DNA from: Candidatus Bathyarchaeota archaeon
GTDB lineage: Archaea; Thermoproteota; Bathyarchaeia; Bathyarchaeales; Bathycorpusculaceae
Assembly: GCA_963780185.1 (NCBI GenBank)
Contig: CAWABA010000009.1
Coordinates: 231,120-295,119, forward strand
Length of the DNA: 64,000 bases
Direction: 5' to 3'
Shown: positions 48,921 to 60,160 of the stretch, piece by piece
How the letters are laid out: the number at the start of each line of letters is the position of its first letter
Position numbering within the stretch: position 1 is the stretch's first letter
Notes under the pieces: model-generated
What the model was told of the DNA's origin: nothing
What the model saw: the letters and a program-made list of their open reading frames with translations, nothing else
The model's database searches: none
Translations under genes and position numbers: made by a program

Positions 48921-49331
48921 TTGATATCTGATTTCGAACACGCAATTTCGCGTTTTTTAACAAAGTTGCAGCTAAAATTCAAGACCGAAGCCTTAGCTCT
49001 TCTTTTCGGGGTGCTCATCATAATGCTAGATTTCGGCGACAACCACATGGGACAAAACATCGGGAACTTGGACACAATTTTTGGACTGCGACTTTGGCCC
49101 TTAATGGGCGTCATTTACCCCTTAGCCGCAATACTCATTTTCATAGCTTACGGTCAAACAAAAAAGAGCGGAAACTCAAACTTTAGTCTCAAAGCAGTGG
49201 CGCCCTTAGCAGTCTTCGTGCTTGCCCTTTTTCTCGTTTGCATAGATGATATTTCCGACGTGTTGAACCTTGGATTAAAGTTCCCAGAAAATGCTCTCAC
49301 TTCGCCAATGCGCTTATCACGAACGATATGA
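48921..49331 (+). CDS. Membrane protein, possibly truncated
   Basis: Three TM; the 3' end runs into the convergent UbiA gene. Confidence 0.45.
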   Translation: MISDFEHAISRFLTKLQLKFKTEALALLFGVLIIMLDFGDNHMGQNIGNLDTIFGLRLWPLMGVIYPLAAILIFIAYGQTKKSGNSNFSLKAVAPLAVFVLALFLVCIDDISDVLNLGLKFPENALTSPMRLSRTI

Positions 49332-50163
49332 TGATGACGAAGCCCACAACTGCTTGGATTTTGTATGCTTTTTTGTAGGTTATTTTGGAGAATGGATTTT
49401 TGTAAAGAAGATGGATGCTGTAAGCGAACATGAAAGTGGCAAGGATTACGGATAATATGTAGAGTATGTCGATTGTTTGGAAAATTACGTTTGCGAAGAG
49501 CAGTGTGAAACCTGCAATGGACATTATGGTCATCACTGTTATGGAGCGTTTTTCACCTAACAAAATGGGTAGTGTATGTATGTTTAGGGCTTTGTCGCCT
49601 TCTATGTCTTTTAGGTCTTTGGTGAAGCCGCATCCAGCCGTCAGAAAAGCCAGAGTAGATGCTGCAACGATTGAGCCGATAGTAATAGCTGCTACAGTTG
49701 CCCCTCCAAGTACAGTGACTCCTATACCCAATCCCCAGCACACATCACCGAAAACGCCGTCCTTCAATCTCAAAGGCCGAATAGAATAGGCAATTCCAAG
49801 AAACGCAAAAAGCACGGTGAACATTAACGCAAACAGATTGACCGAGCAAGCAATAAGAAAACTCGCTGCGAAAAGAACTGTGGTCAACGTTTTGGCTTCA
49901 CCCACCGAAACCTGTCCAGAAGGAAGCGGCCTTTCTGAAGCGTTTATCGCATCAATCTTGATGTCGCTGATGTCGTTCAAGGCATATATTGCGAAAGCTG
50001 AAAGAGTCATGGCTAACGCCACAGTCAGCGAAGTCCAAATTGGAACCTTCCAGGAGGCTGCGAGAAGGCTACCGATGACGGAGCAGAACCCATAGTACAG
50101 AGTGGATTTCGAGTTGTTGAGAGGTTTCATAAGCGAAATGTAGGCTACTACTTTGTTGCGCAC
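49297..50163 (-). CDS. UbiA family prenyltransferase
   Basis: NDISDIKIDAIN..RPLPSG and KDLKDIEGD; likely GTG start at 50163 after GAGGGAG. Confidence 0.88.
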   Translation of the reverse strand: MRNKVVAYISLMKPLNNSKSTLYYGFCSVIGSLLAASWKVPIWTSLTVALAMTLSAFAIYALNDISDIKIDAINASERPLPSGQVSVGEAKTLTTVLFAASFLIACSVNLFALMFTVLFAFLGIAYSIRPLRLKDGVFGDVCWGLGIGVTVLGGATVAAITIGSIVAASTLAFLTAGCGFTKDLKDIEGDKALNIHTLPILLGEKRSITVMTIMSIAGFTLLFANVIFQTIDILYILSVILATFMFAYSIHLLYKNPFSKITYKKAYKIQAVVGFVIIISFVISALAK

Positions 50164-50200
50164 GTTCTCTCCCTCTTTTACCGTAACCAAATTATCATGT

Positions 50201-50983
50201 TTAAGGCGGAAGTATATGAAGTGCTTCAGACTGGTTCCAAAGCTCCCAAAAAAGCCCGGCAAGAATCCGCACAGTCTGTCTGTCTATGCATACGAATGCA
50301 GATTTGAACTGCTTGTTTGGGATTTCGAAAACTGCTATTTCATTATCGATTACAGCGAGTGAAAATGGGACGTCTCCAGTTTTGTAGTTGCTTTTGCCGA
50401 TTAGAAACTTCATCATGTTGGGGCGAATGTTATGTAGGGCGTCGCCCAATAATTTGAGGATACCAGCTAAGTCCACTTTCGAACTCGTTACAGTTTTCAC
50501 TTTTACGTTTCTGTCCAAAGCGTAAATTAAACGTTGAATGACCGCCAAATCAAGGTATCTGGTGGCTAAAAGTATCTCTGACTTCGATTTTTCAATTCCT
50601 GAAATGAGAAAATCTGTGAGTTTATCGTAATCATTGATCACAGCTACTTCGCTTATTGTACCCATTTTCTCCATCGGAAGAAAAGGACTTTGATTCGAAA
50701 GCAGCAATCCCGAAATGTCATTGAGCAGCAACTTGTGCAAAAATGTGCCAAACTGGGTAAGTTTGTATTCATCCCCCGTTGGCGTCAGGATTCCTGCTTC
50801 GTTTAATTCTCTTAGCTTCCGGTAATACTGCCTAGGGGTCAACTTGAGGTCCTTTATCGCTGATTTGCCACTTTTTAAGCCTGATTGAGCTTTATCAAGA
50901 ATCTCCAAGGCGCTTTCGTCGCATAGAACATGGAGTATTAAAGCTAAATTTTGAAAGCGCGAAGAAGGTAACCCTGTGTTCAA
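50201..50983 (-). CDS. wHTH regulator with TrmB/PLD-like C-terminal sensor domain
   Basis: LTPRQYYRKLRELNEAGIL..YKLTQFG; AKSEI-like, RNVKVKTV, AVIDNEIA and FWELWNQS. Confidence 0.75.
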   Translation of the reverse strand: MNTGLPSSRFQNLALILHVLCDESALEILDKAQSGLKSGKSAIKDLKLTPRQYYRKLRELNEAGILTPTGDEYKLTQFGTFLHKLLLNDISGLLLSNQSPFLPMEKMGTISEVAVINDYDKLTDFLISGIEKSKSEILLATRYLDLAVIQRLIYALDRNVKVKTVTSSKVDLAGILKLLGDALHNIRPNMMKFLIGKSNYKTGDVPFSLAVIDNEIAVFEIPNKQFKSAFVCIDRQTVRILAGLFWELWNQSEALHILPP

Positions 50984-51204
50984 ATTGGTTTCAACTCATG
51001 CGGTAAGATGCGATTTGCGGTTTAAATGAATAATGAATTTTCGTAAATATTAGATTTGCCATATCTTGTCACTAACTACTTTTTTGTGACGCGAGTGTTA
51101 CGTTTTGTCAGTACAGTTTAAACTTGGCAATACTCATACTAAGCTACCATTTTGATTAGGCGAAGCTTGCGAATTGAATTCGAGAGTTTAAGGGGAAAAC
51201 AAGC

Positions 51205-51486
51205 TTGACTTCAGAAAAAAGCGAACATGAAACTCTTAATCTGGATGAATCAAAACTTGGCTCTTCGGCGTTTTGTGATTCCAAGATTAAATGCGAATGC
51301 GGTGCAGAAATCTTGATGTTGCCTGACCTGGAGGCGACTAGCCGCGCCATAGAGCGCCATGCGGTCGAACACCGTGAAAGAGAAAAGGACCGAGCCAAGG
51401 CAGAGGCTGAAGAAAACCGGGTTAGAGACAACTTGATTACGCAAGTATTAGGAAAAGCAGGTGAACGCACACGCAACCTTATTTGA
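51205..51486 (+). CDS. Small CxC...HxxxH Zn-binding protein (paralog of 48404)
   Basis: IKCECGAEILMLP...AIERHAVEH...RDNLITQV. Confidence 0.7.
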   Translation: MTSEKSEHETLNLDESKLGSSAFCDSKIKCECGAEILMLPDLEATSRAIERHAVEHREREKDRAKAEAEENRVRDNLITQVLGKAGERTRNLI

Positions 51487-51712
51487 CATGTTGCGATTTC
51501 CGAAATATGGCTTATATGCATTTTTGGCGCTGTCTTGCTTGTTAAAACGGAAGAGGCGTGAATCAAGATATGCATTTGAAACTAACTTCAGGAAAATTTA
51601 ACGTTTCCTATTCAGTTCAATCTATAATCTATGACTTTTTTATGGAAAACTCTTTTAAGCCCTTGGATAGAACATTGGCTTGGTTCGGGGGGAGAGAAAC
51701 AGCATAGGATAT

Positions 51713-51813
51713 AGTTAGAGCGTTGCGCTTTTCACATCCACTTCCGTCAGGAGGGGATTTGGTAGAATTGACTCCAAATTTCACTTTGCCGTTTGGATTT
51801 GAAGACTCTAACT
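51713..51813 (+). ncRNA. Candidate structured 5' leader RNA
   Basis: Nested stems AGTTAGAG/CTCTAACT and TTCACATCCA/TGGATTTGAA enclosing two hairpins. Confidence 0.35.
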
Positions 51814-51841
51814 TTAAACTAATTATGAGGGGGTAACTGAG

Positions 51842-52188
51842 TTGAGCAAAAACCGTGACCGTCTGAGCATAGTCGCCGCCATTTTAGAGGCAGCAAACTC
51901 TGGCTCCAGCAAAACGAGAATAATGTTTCGGGCAAATTTAAGTTTCAAGATTCTAGAAAATACTTGAATGCGGCCGTTAACGCAGGCTTTTTGAGGATCG
52001 AAGGTTGCCGTTACATTTTGACTGATGCAGGCCGTGAGTTCCTTAAACTATACAGGGAAAACAACGAAAGCTATGTCAAGGCGCAGAAGTTTCTGGAGCG
52101 ATTGACTTCGGAAAGGAAAAAGTTATCGACCTTGTGTGAAAACTCCAGATGGGTTGACCGCGCAAGTTCAATTATGGAGCAGAAATAG
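51842..52188 (+). CDS. Winged-helix regulator (HTH_45-like), frameshift near 51960
   Basis: [18 protein letters not shown]...[12 protein letters not shown], then [22 protein letters not shown]. Confidence 0.85.
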
Positions 52189-52298
52189 GACTCAATGCCT
52201 TATGGAAAAAATAATTCGATTCATTTTTTGCATTGATGTATTTCGATCTTTTTAATATCGACTTAATAAGCAAGCGAAACAACAAATTAGCAATTTAA

Positions 52299-53013
52299 GT
52301 GGCTGATGTAGCTTTGAATAACGCAAGCGAGGGGCGGGTCTCTTCAACGCAGGTAATTATCGCTGCATTGAACGAGGAAGAAGGAATCAGATTAACAATA
52401 GCGGAGCTCAAAGAATACCTCGGCTTGACAAAGATTCTGGTCGTCGATGGGAACAGCTCCGACAAGACGGCTGAAGTGGCTAAAGATCTAGGCGCAGAAA
52501 TCATCTTTCAGGACGGTCGAGGCAAGGGAGACGCCTTTGCTAAAGGCATAAGAAATCTCGACAAAAAGATTGATTATGTTATTTTAACGGATGCCGACTT
52601 TACTTACCCAGCAGCAAGTATTCCTCGAATGATCCGGATATTGGATCGTAATCCAAGCGTCGGAATGGTCTGCGGAAACAGATTTACTGAACATTTAACC
52701 TCACGATGCTCTGTATAACGTGTTTTACTTTGGCAATCGATTGATAGCTTTTACTCATAACTTCCTAAATGGCGTACAATTGACCGATCCCTTGACCGGA
52801 TTGCGTGTCTTGAGGGCGGAAATTCTGAGCGATTGGCAAGTCAAATCCAAAGGGTTTGATATCGAAGTCGAGCTCAATCACCGTTGCGAGCGAAAGGGTT
52901 TTGACATAGTTGAAGTGCCTATAAAATACAGGGAAAGAGTCGGTGAAAAGAAACTTAAAGTCAGACATGGTGCGGAGATTTTAAAGCGCATCATGTTAGA
53001 AACATCTTACTGA
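52299..53013 (+). CDS. GT2 dolichol-phosphate glycosyltransferase-like, frameshifted
   Basis: IAALNEE, VDGNSSDKT, GKG and DADFTY; then DPLTGLR, GFDIEVE and YRERVGEKKL. Confidence 0.85.
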
Positions 53014-53157
53014 AGGGTATAACAAAAAGTTTCAGTTTCAGAATTCTGCATGGAAAACTTGATTTTTCCTAGAACATTTGTCTTAGTTATGCATATGGTT
53101 TTATAAGCAAGCGATTGCCAACTAGTACAATCGAGAAACAAATGGAGATAGGAGAAT

Positions 53158-53637
53158 ATGAATGTTAAAAAGATAGCGCTTGTAGTCTTATGTATTGCGG
53201 CGTTTGCTTCACTTTCCATAAGCTTTGCTTATGCTGGCACAGCAACTAGTGTATCCCACTTTCGAGTCGGCATCAATTCCACTGATATGAGTGGACAGGC
53301 CCCGTTGAACTCGCAAGTTTATGTCTATTGGGATTCTATTACCCCCCCTACTGGTACCGTGGATATCACTATATACAATCCTAGCGGCACACTGATTGCT
53401 ACATACTTAAATGTAGCACCGTCTGCTTCTGGCACAATACATTTCACTGTTGACACACAAGGTTCCTACTACGTTCGAGCTGATGGATTTCCGTCATATC
53501 ATGCAGCTACAACTTTTGTTGCAGGTGCATCAGTGTTGGTTCTTCCTGAAAGCGTTTTAGGAACGTTAGCTGCGGTCGGTGCAGGCGTTGCTGCATTCGG
53601 AACAGTGAAGCTGTATCAAAAGCGAAAGAAAGATTAG
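53158..53637 (+). CDS. Small surface protein with LPES-TM-basic tail, copy 1
   Basis: Signal peptide, Ig-like body, VLPESVLG+TM+QKRKKD. Confidence 0.88.
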   Translation: MNVKKIALVVLCIAAFASLSISFAYAGTATSVSHFRVGINSTDMSGQAPLNSQVYVYWDSITPPTGTVDITIYNPSGTLIATYLNVAPSASGTIHFTVDTQGSYYVRADGFPSYHAATTFVAGASVLVLPESVLGTLAAVGAGVAAFGTVKLYQKRKKD

Positions 53638-53792
53638 TTGATCTAATCCACACAATTTTTTTCTTTGACTATGCAGATAATGTTATATACTTTTGTATAT
53701 AGATATTTGTTCATTATATTCCATATAGTTTTATAAGCAAGCGGTTGCTACCTTTAGTTAATTGAACTGAATAAGATGGGAGATAGGAGAAT

Positions 53793-54272
53793 ATGAATTT
53801 TAAAAAGATGGCGCTTGTAGTCTTATGTATTGCGGCGTTTGCTTCACTTTCCATAAGCTTTGCTTATGCAGGCTCAGCAACTAGTGTATCTAACTTTCGA
53901 GTCGGCGTCACACCCACTGATATGAGTGGACAGGCCCCGTTGAACACGCAGGTTTATGTCTATTGGGATTCTATTACCCCCTCTGGTGGTACCGTGGACA
54001 TCACTATATACAATCCTAGCGGCGTACTGATTGCTTCATACCCAAATGTAGCACCGTCTGCTTCTGGCACAATACATTTCACTGTTGACACCCCTGGTTC
54101 CTACTACGTTCAAGCTGATGGATTTCCGTCATATCATGCAGCTACAACTTTTGTTGCAGGTGCATCAGTGTTGGTTCTTCCTGAAAGCGTTTTAGGAACG
54201 TTAGCTGCGGTCGGTGCAGGCGTTGCTGCATTCGGAACAGTGAAGCTGTATCAAAAGCGAAAGAAAGATTAG
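53793..54272 (+). CDS. Small surface protein with LPES-TM-basic tail, copy 2
   Basis: Tandem paralog differing from copy 1 at 15 of 159 residues (manual count). Confidence 0.88.
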   Translation: MNFKKMALVVLCIAAFASLSISFAYAGSATSVSNFRVGVTPTDMSGQAPLNTQVYVYWDSITPSGGTVDITIYNPSGVLIASYPNVAPSASGTIHFTVDTPGSYYVQADGFPSYHAATTFVAGASVLVLPESVLGTLAAVGAGVAAFGTVKLYQKRKKD

Positions 54273-54443
54273 TTGATCTAATCCACACAATTTTTTCTTT
54301 TTTAAGTCTGAACCTTCTAAAGTTTTTGTTGTTAAGCGATTTCTTTATTTTCCGATTTACCAACGAATTTGATTACTTGATTGTAATAATGCGTCAGTTT
54401 ATCGAGTTAACTCAGTTGGGGGATATAAAAAATCAAGAAACCG

Positions 54444-54944
54444 TTGCGACTTCTCGCTGTCACTTTGTTTGTTTTTTTGGCTCTTGTTTCTTGCCTTTCC
54501 ACTGGTAGTTATGTTTCTGCTCAAACCAACCAAGTTTCCACGCAACTTCAAGCAGCCAACAACGCGGTGGGACAGGCGTTCACCGCTGTTTTAAATGCTG
54601 AAAAAGCAGGCGCAAATGTCACAAGCCTACTTAACCAACTAAACGAAGCAACTGGCCTATTAACTCAAGCAGAAAACGCTTACACAACCGGCAATACCAA
54701 TGCAGCCGTAAACGATGCAAGCGCCGTTCTTCCGATAACACAACATGTTGCAGCCGAGGCACAAACAGCCAAACAAACGGCTTCTAGCGTAACTCAAACC
54801 AATTTCACGCTAACCATTTCAACCTCCATTGTTGCCGTTGCCGTGCTTGTCCTAGCTTTGTTTTTAGTTTGGCGTCGGTTGAAGCGAAACTACATTGGTC
54901 GTTTACACGAAACAAAACTTGAGGGAGCACTGAATGAAGCTTAA
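54444..54944 (+). CDS. Secreted helical protein with C-terminal TM
   Basis: Signal peptide; AEKAGANVTSLL..LNEA..LL..AE; TM followed by WRRLKR. Confidence 0.8.
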   Translation: MRLLAVTLFVFLALVSCLSTGSYVSAQTNQVSTQLQAANNAVGQAFTAVLNAEKAGANVTSLLNQLNEATGLLTQAENAYTTGNTNAAVNDASAVLPITQHVAAEAQTAKQTASSVTQTNFTLTISTSIVAVAVLVLALFLVWRRLKRNYIGRLHETKLEGALNEA

Positions 54945-55533
54945 CGAATACAAACTAGTTTTAGTTACTTTAGGCTTGATCGGTATACTGCTCATCGCTT
55001 CTCCCACCATCACGAACGCACTTCACCTGTCTTCAAAAGAACCGTTCTCCGCTCTTTACCTCTTAGGTCCAGGTCAAATGGCTGCACATTATCCCTTCAA
55101 CGTAAGGACAGGATTAAACTACTCGGTCTATGTCGGCGTTTCTAACAATTTGGGCTCTTCAGCTTATTACGTGCTATACGTGAAGCTTGCAAATGAGTCA
55201 GACCCGCTGCCTGATGGTAGTCTTGGAACGCCAAGTCCTATTCAACCATTATATGAGCAACAGTTGCTGATTGAGAACAATCAAAATTGGGTAGGTAAAG
55301 TTAGTTTTACGTTTTCTGATACTCATGCCTCAGCAAATCAAGCCTTTGTTGGAAAGCTTACGGTAAATAACGCGGTATTTGAGGTAAACAAACCCGCGAA
55401 CTGGAATAGCAGCACCACAGGTTTCTACTACAAAGTCTTCTTTGAGTTGTGGCGATACAATGTCCCATCAGGTACAGTCCAGTATGACGATCGCTTTGTA
55501 ACTCTGCGCTTGAACCTTACAGCGACCCAATAG
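54934..55533 (+). CDS. DUF1616-like membrane-anchored protein
   Basis: EPFSALYLLGP...YPFNV, GVSNNLG...YVK and FELWRY. Confidence 0.75.
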   Translation: MKLNEYKLVLVTLGLIGILLIASPTITNALHLSSKEPFSALYLLGPGQMAAHYPFNVRTGLNYSVYVGVSNNLGSSAYYVLYVKLANESDPLPDGSLGTPSPIQPLYEQQLLIENNQNWVGKVSFTFSDTHASANQAFVGKLTVNNAVFEVNKPANWNSSTTGFYYKVFFELWRYNVPSGTVQYDDRFVTLRLNLTATQ

Positions 55534-55718
55534 AACTTCGCTTAACTATTCTTTAGAAGAATTTTCGCTTTTGTATCGTCGCGCGTTTCTCTTTTTCATG
55601 GTACTCCATTATTGAAATCAAAAAACTAGGTGTCTTAAAAAGTGAAAACTGAAAGTCTTTGGATTTCGAGAGAAAACCGTTTGAAAAATTCTATTGCAAT
55701 CGCAAGAATGGAGGTGAC

Positions 55719-56677
55719 ATGATGGCGAGAATACTGGTTACTGGAGGCGGTGGCTTCGTCGGAAGTCATTTAGCACGTTATCTTCAGCAAAAAGGCAATT
55801 TTGTGAGAATTGCTGACGTAAAATTCGATGATTATCTAAAAGAGAAATACTACAGTGAAAAGTTGAAACTTGATCTGCGCATATGGAATAACTGTCTGAA
55901 AGCAACCGAAAGCATGGATAGAGTCTTCAATTTAGCAGCCAACATGGGCGGCATAGGATTCATAACCGAGGTCGGCGCTGAAGTAATGCATGATAATACC
56001 CTCATAAACACATTCATGTTGGAAGCAGCAAGGCAAAACAAAGTCAAAAGATATCTGTACACTAGCTCGGCTTGTGTTTACCCTACTTACCGACAGGAAG
56101 ATCCAAACATCAAAGGCTTAAGAGAAGAAGATGCCTACCCTGCTGACCCCGATAACTTTTACGGGTGGGAGAAACGATCACCAAAAAATGTGCGAAGCTT
56201 ACCAGCGCGACTACAAAATGGATATTAGAGTTTTACGCTTCATAATATTTACGGACCTGAAGGAACCTACAAAGGTGGACGAGAAAAATCACCTGCCGCT
56301 ATCTGCAAAAGTCTTCGAAGCTTCAAATCCTGGGGTAATAGATATTTGGGGCGATGAGAACAAACGCGTTCTTACTGCTACGTTGATGATGCGGTCAAAG
56401 CGACAAGCCTCTTGATGGACTCGAATTATGACAAACCCATAAACATTGGTTCAGACAGACTAGTGAGCATCAACGAACTTGCAGACATGGTAACAAAAAT
56501 CTCTGGCAAAAAAATAACTAAAACCTATGACCTTTCAGCTCCTCAGGGCGTTAGAGGTAGAAATGCCGACTTAACTCTCGTTAAAAAAGTGTTGAATTGG
56601 GAGCCGAAAATATCGCTGAAGAAGGACTTGCAAAAACTTACGCATGGATAGGCGAACAAATCTCCTCAGGAACGTAA
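55719..56677 (+). CDS. NDP-sugar epimerase, GDP-mannose 3',5'-epimerase-like, multiple frameshifts
   Basis: GGAGGTGA RBS; TGGGGFVG, LAANMGGIGFI, SSACVYP, YGWEK, GGREKSPAA and PQGVRGRNAD. Confidence 0.85.
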
Positions 56678-56940
56678 TCAGTAGCATCTATTGGTAGCCG
56701 TTCAGACTTATCTTCGGCTGGAATATCCTCAATATCCCCTGTCGCATATAAGGCATGAATGGTTTTTTTTCTACTCTTAATCTTGTATCCCTCCAATCCT
56801 TAACTTTAAAAAAAATGTTTGTTTCCAACATTAAACTATCTTTTTCTATCTTTTACAGATATGTGACTGTAATATTACAATAACAAGAAGAAATTTCAAA
56901 AAAAGACTGTTTCCCTCGATCACTATAGGAGCGCAACCAA

Positions 56941-57932
56941 ATGAGCAGCAAACTTAAAATTGGCATTATCGGGCTAGGCAAAATGGGAATCACTCATGCA
57001 TGCCTACTCAATGTTTTACCAAACGTGAAGGTAGCCGCTCTTTGCGATAGTAGCAGACTTATGAGAACATTGGCAAAACGCGCATTTAGTGATGCATTAA
57101 TAACTGATGAGGTAGAAGAGTTTTCGCGGACAGAACTTGACGGAATCTATGTTTAACTCCTATTCCTTCTCATTATCCAATTATTAAGGAAATATATTCA
57201 AAAAATCTTTCAAGAAACGTCTTTGTTGAAAAAACCCTTACATCCAGTTATGAGAAATCAGCGGAACTATGCGCGCTTTCCGAAAACCGTGCCGGCGTCA
57301 ATATGGTCTGCTATATGAAGCGGTTTGCAGTAACTTTTAGTCAAGCAAAGAAACTCTTGGATCAAAAGTGCTAGGCGACATAGTTTCTTTCAAGGCCTAT
57401 GCTTTTTGGTCGGATTTCGCTGAAGCTGCGAAGGGTTCAACCGTGTCTAAGGGACGCGGAGGCGTTCTGTTCGATCTTGGATCGCATGTTATGGATTTAG
57501 CCCTTTGGTTCTTTGGGGACTTGGATGTGACTTCTGCAAAGGTCGACTTGCGACTCGTTCCAGATTCGGAAGATACTGTGACGTTTTCAGTCGCTAGTTC
57601 AAATAATCTTACAGGCAATTTTGACGTGTCATGGTGCAAGAAGGGTTATCGTATGCCTGAATTCGGTTTATCACTGATAGGTACAAAGGGAACTTTAAGG
57701 TTAATGATGATGAAGTGAAGCTGCAGTCATCGAGGGAGTCCCCACACGATGGTACAGACAAGATTTAGATGACCACGTAGGTTTCTTTTTAGGCGGCTCG
57801 GAATATTATCGCGAAGACTTGCATTTTGTCGACACGTTGGCCAACGGAATTGCAACTACATCAAATTTCAGAAGCGCACTCAAAGTGGACTACCTAATAA
57901 AACAAGTTAGGAGCAAAACCAAGAATGACTAA
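56941..57932 (+). CDS. Gfo/Idh/MocA oxidoreductase, frameshifted
   Basis: GIIGLGKMG, FVEK and GGVLFDLGSHVMD across frames. Confidence 0.82.
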
Positions 57933-58866
57933 GGCACTTAAGCTACTTGTCGGCGACAACCCATTTCACGGGATCAGCCACCTGTCTCAGGAAAAAGCGC
58001 GGGAGCGGTCTTTAGAGGAAAACGATGAAAGCATTCGACGAGCGACGCGTATTGTCGAGTTGTGTTGGAGAACTCGGTTAGCGGATTCATGTTTTCGGTG
58101 GATGAAATAACTCTTTCGATAATTAAGAATCTGCAAGACTGGACTGGAAACAGGACTGTTGAGTTGTACGCAATCGTTCCCTATGCATTCGAATATGTTA
58201 GGCGGGCAACGCAAGTAGGCGGAGTTAGTGGACTGGCAAAAAACCTTGGCAAGGAAATGATTTTCTCCTCGAATGAAAAGTTATCGCAATGAATTTAGGC
58301 GGTATTTTGCGGTTTAATCCGTCAGCCTTTGTAAAAACCTATATTTCTTATGAACTTTCGAGGATAAAAGCTGTCACTAACGCCAATCTCCACCTTAGAA
58401 CGATAATGCTGCATAGGTAGTTACCGATATGGCTTTAGCTCTCGATCTAAAGGACGTTTTTAAATCTTATATACAATTCATGGGGAAACGAAGTGTCAGA
58501 CCAGGATTCGAAACGCGTAATTTTTCTTACTTAGTAAACAAGTTTAGTGAATGGGATTTAGATTTTAGTAAAGTAACAATTACTTCGTCATTCAATAAAG
58601 TTGGCTTCCAAATGAACCCTTCAAAGGCTGAATGTGAAGAAGCGCTAAAACGAGCAGCTCGCGCTGAAGTTATCGCTATGAGCATCCTCGCAGCTGGATA
58701 CATTAAACCTACGGAAGCCATCGACTATTTGGAAAATCTTCAAGGTATAAGCGGTGTTGTTGTTGGAATTTCGAAGGAACGCCAGGCAACTGAAACGTTT
58801 AGTCTTCTCGAGAATCCCTTACCAAAATGCCAAGCGATACTTCTCATGCACCAATATAATTCGTAA
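57925..58866 (+). CDS. Conserved hypothetical protein (possible TIM barrel), frameshifted
   Basis: LLVGDNPFHGISHLS, PGFETRN, NKVGFQMNPS and IAMSILAAGY across frames. Confidence 0.65.
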
Positions 58867-58890
58867 ACAACTTAGGGAGATAATCGACAA

Positions 58891-60077
58891 ATGCTGTTAG
58901 CTTCGCTATTGGAGTTTCTTGTTATTTTTGCATCGCGGTGCCCGTGGCAATTTTCGGATTTTATGGGGCTCTTGTTGTATACTATAACAAGGCAAAAAAT
59001 TATTCCCAACCGAAAACTTTGAAGATGGCTGGCGATGCCTCAAAAAATCTTCTTGATGAAAACGGGGTTTATGAACCTACTGTTTCAGTAGTTGTCCCAA
59101 CTCATAATGAAGAATTCATAATTTCTAAAAAGATAGAAAATTTACTTGCTCTCAATTACCCAAAAGACAAGCTTGAAATCATATTCGCCGATGATTCAAA
59201 TGACTCTACGCGCAGCATAATAACCGAGTGGGCGAAGAAGAATCCTAATATAAATTTGCTCGCGTTTGAAGAACGAATGGGTTATAGTCCCTCCATGATT
59301 GCTGGCATCAAGAAAGCAAAAGGAGAAATTATTGTTCTGGGTGATGCCGGCTCCTTCTTAGATAAGGATGCTATTAGGCACTTTGTTGGACAATTCCGGG
59401 ATCCCGCAGTAGGTGCCGTGACAGGTCAGGACGTTATTTTAAATCAGGATGAATATGTCGGTAAGTCGGAAAATCTTTACCAGCGAATTTACAATTATCT
59501 GAGAATTGCGGAAACAAAAATGGATTCAACCTTTTTCATAAAGGGGGAAGCGACGGCTACCCGGCGAAGTCTCATTGCGGACTTGGAGAAGTGCTCTGCC
59601 ACTTTTGACACCGCCATTGGATTATTCCTCAGACAAAAAGGTTATCGAACGATTTTTGACCCCAACGTTAAGTTCTATGAATACGCTCCTTTGACTCGCT
59701 CAGACAGAGTTAAGCAAAAGACTATAAGTGCAAATTTAATCAGAGTCATTCTTCAGTTTAGAGATCTAATGTTCAACCGCAAATATGGGCTTTACGGATC
59801 TGTGATTCTTCCGATGTATTTCGGAATGATCGTCATCGCGCCTCTCTCCATATTAATAGGCGTCTTGCTTCTAATTCCGTTAACTTTCTTGAATTTAACT
59901 CTCGCCGCAATAGCATGGGGTATACTTGGGTCTGCAGTTCTTCTTTTACTAATATTTTCTAGAAATCTTTTATACACTTTTTTGGATTTTGAAAGAAGTC
60001 TTCTTAAAGCCATATTTGAAATTGCGAACCATAAGACCCATGATAAAATAGACACGGTAGCTTCCACACGAAGGTAG
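58891..60077 (+). CDS. Membrane GT2 glycosyltransferase (PgaC/cellulose-synthase-like)
   Basis: VSVVVPTHNEE..I.KKIENLLALNYPKDKLEI, DAG and DPAVGAV; N- and C-terminal TMs; 5' frameshift. Confidence 0.85.
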
Positions 60078-60160
60078 ATCGTTAGTACGCGAAGTATTTC
60101 TTGTGCTACCACTTCCAATTTGTGAACAGACTTTAGTTTAAGAACCGAGGAGGTATTAAG

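Larger units (their letters stand above)
53091..54300 (+). repeat. Tandem duplication (about 635-bp offset) including promoter and T-tract
   Basis: Shared TTTTATAAGCAAGCG and GGAGATAGGAGAATATG; identical 3' ends through TTGATCTAATCCACACAATTTTTT. Confidence 0.9.
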
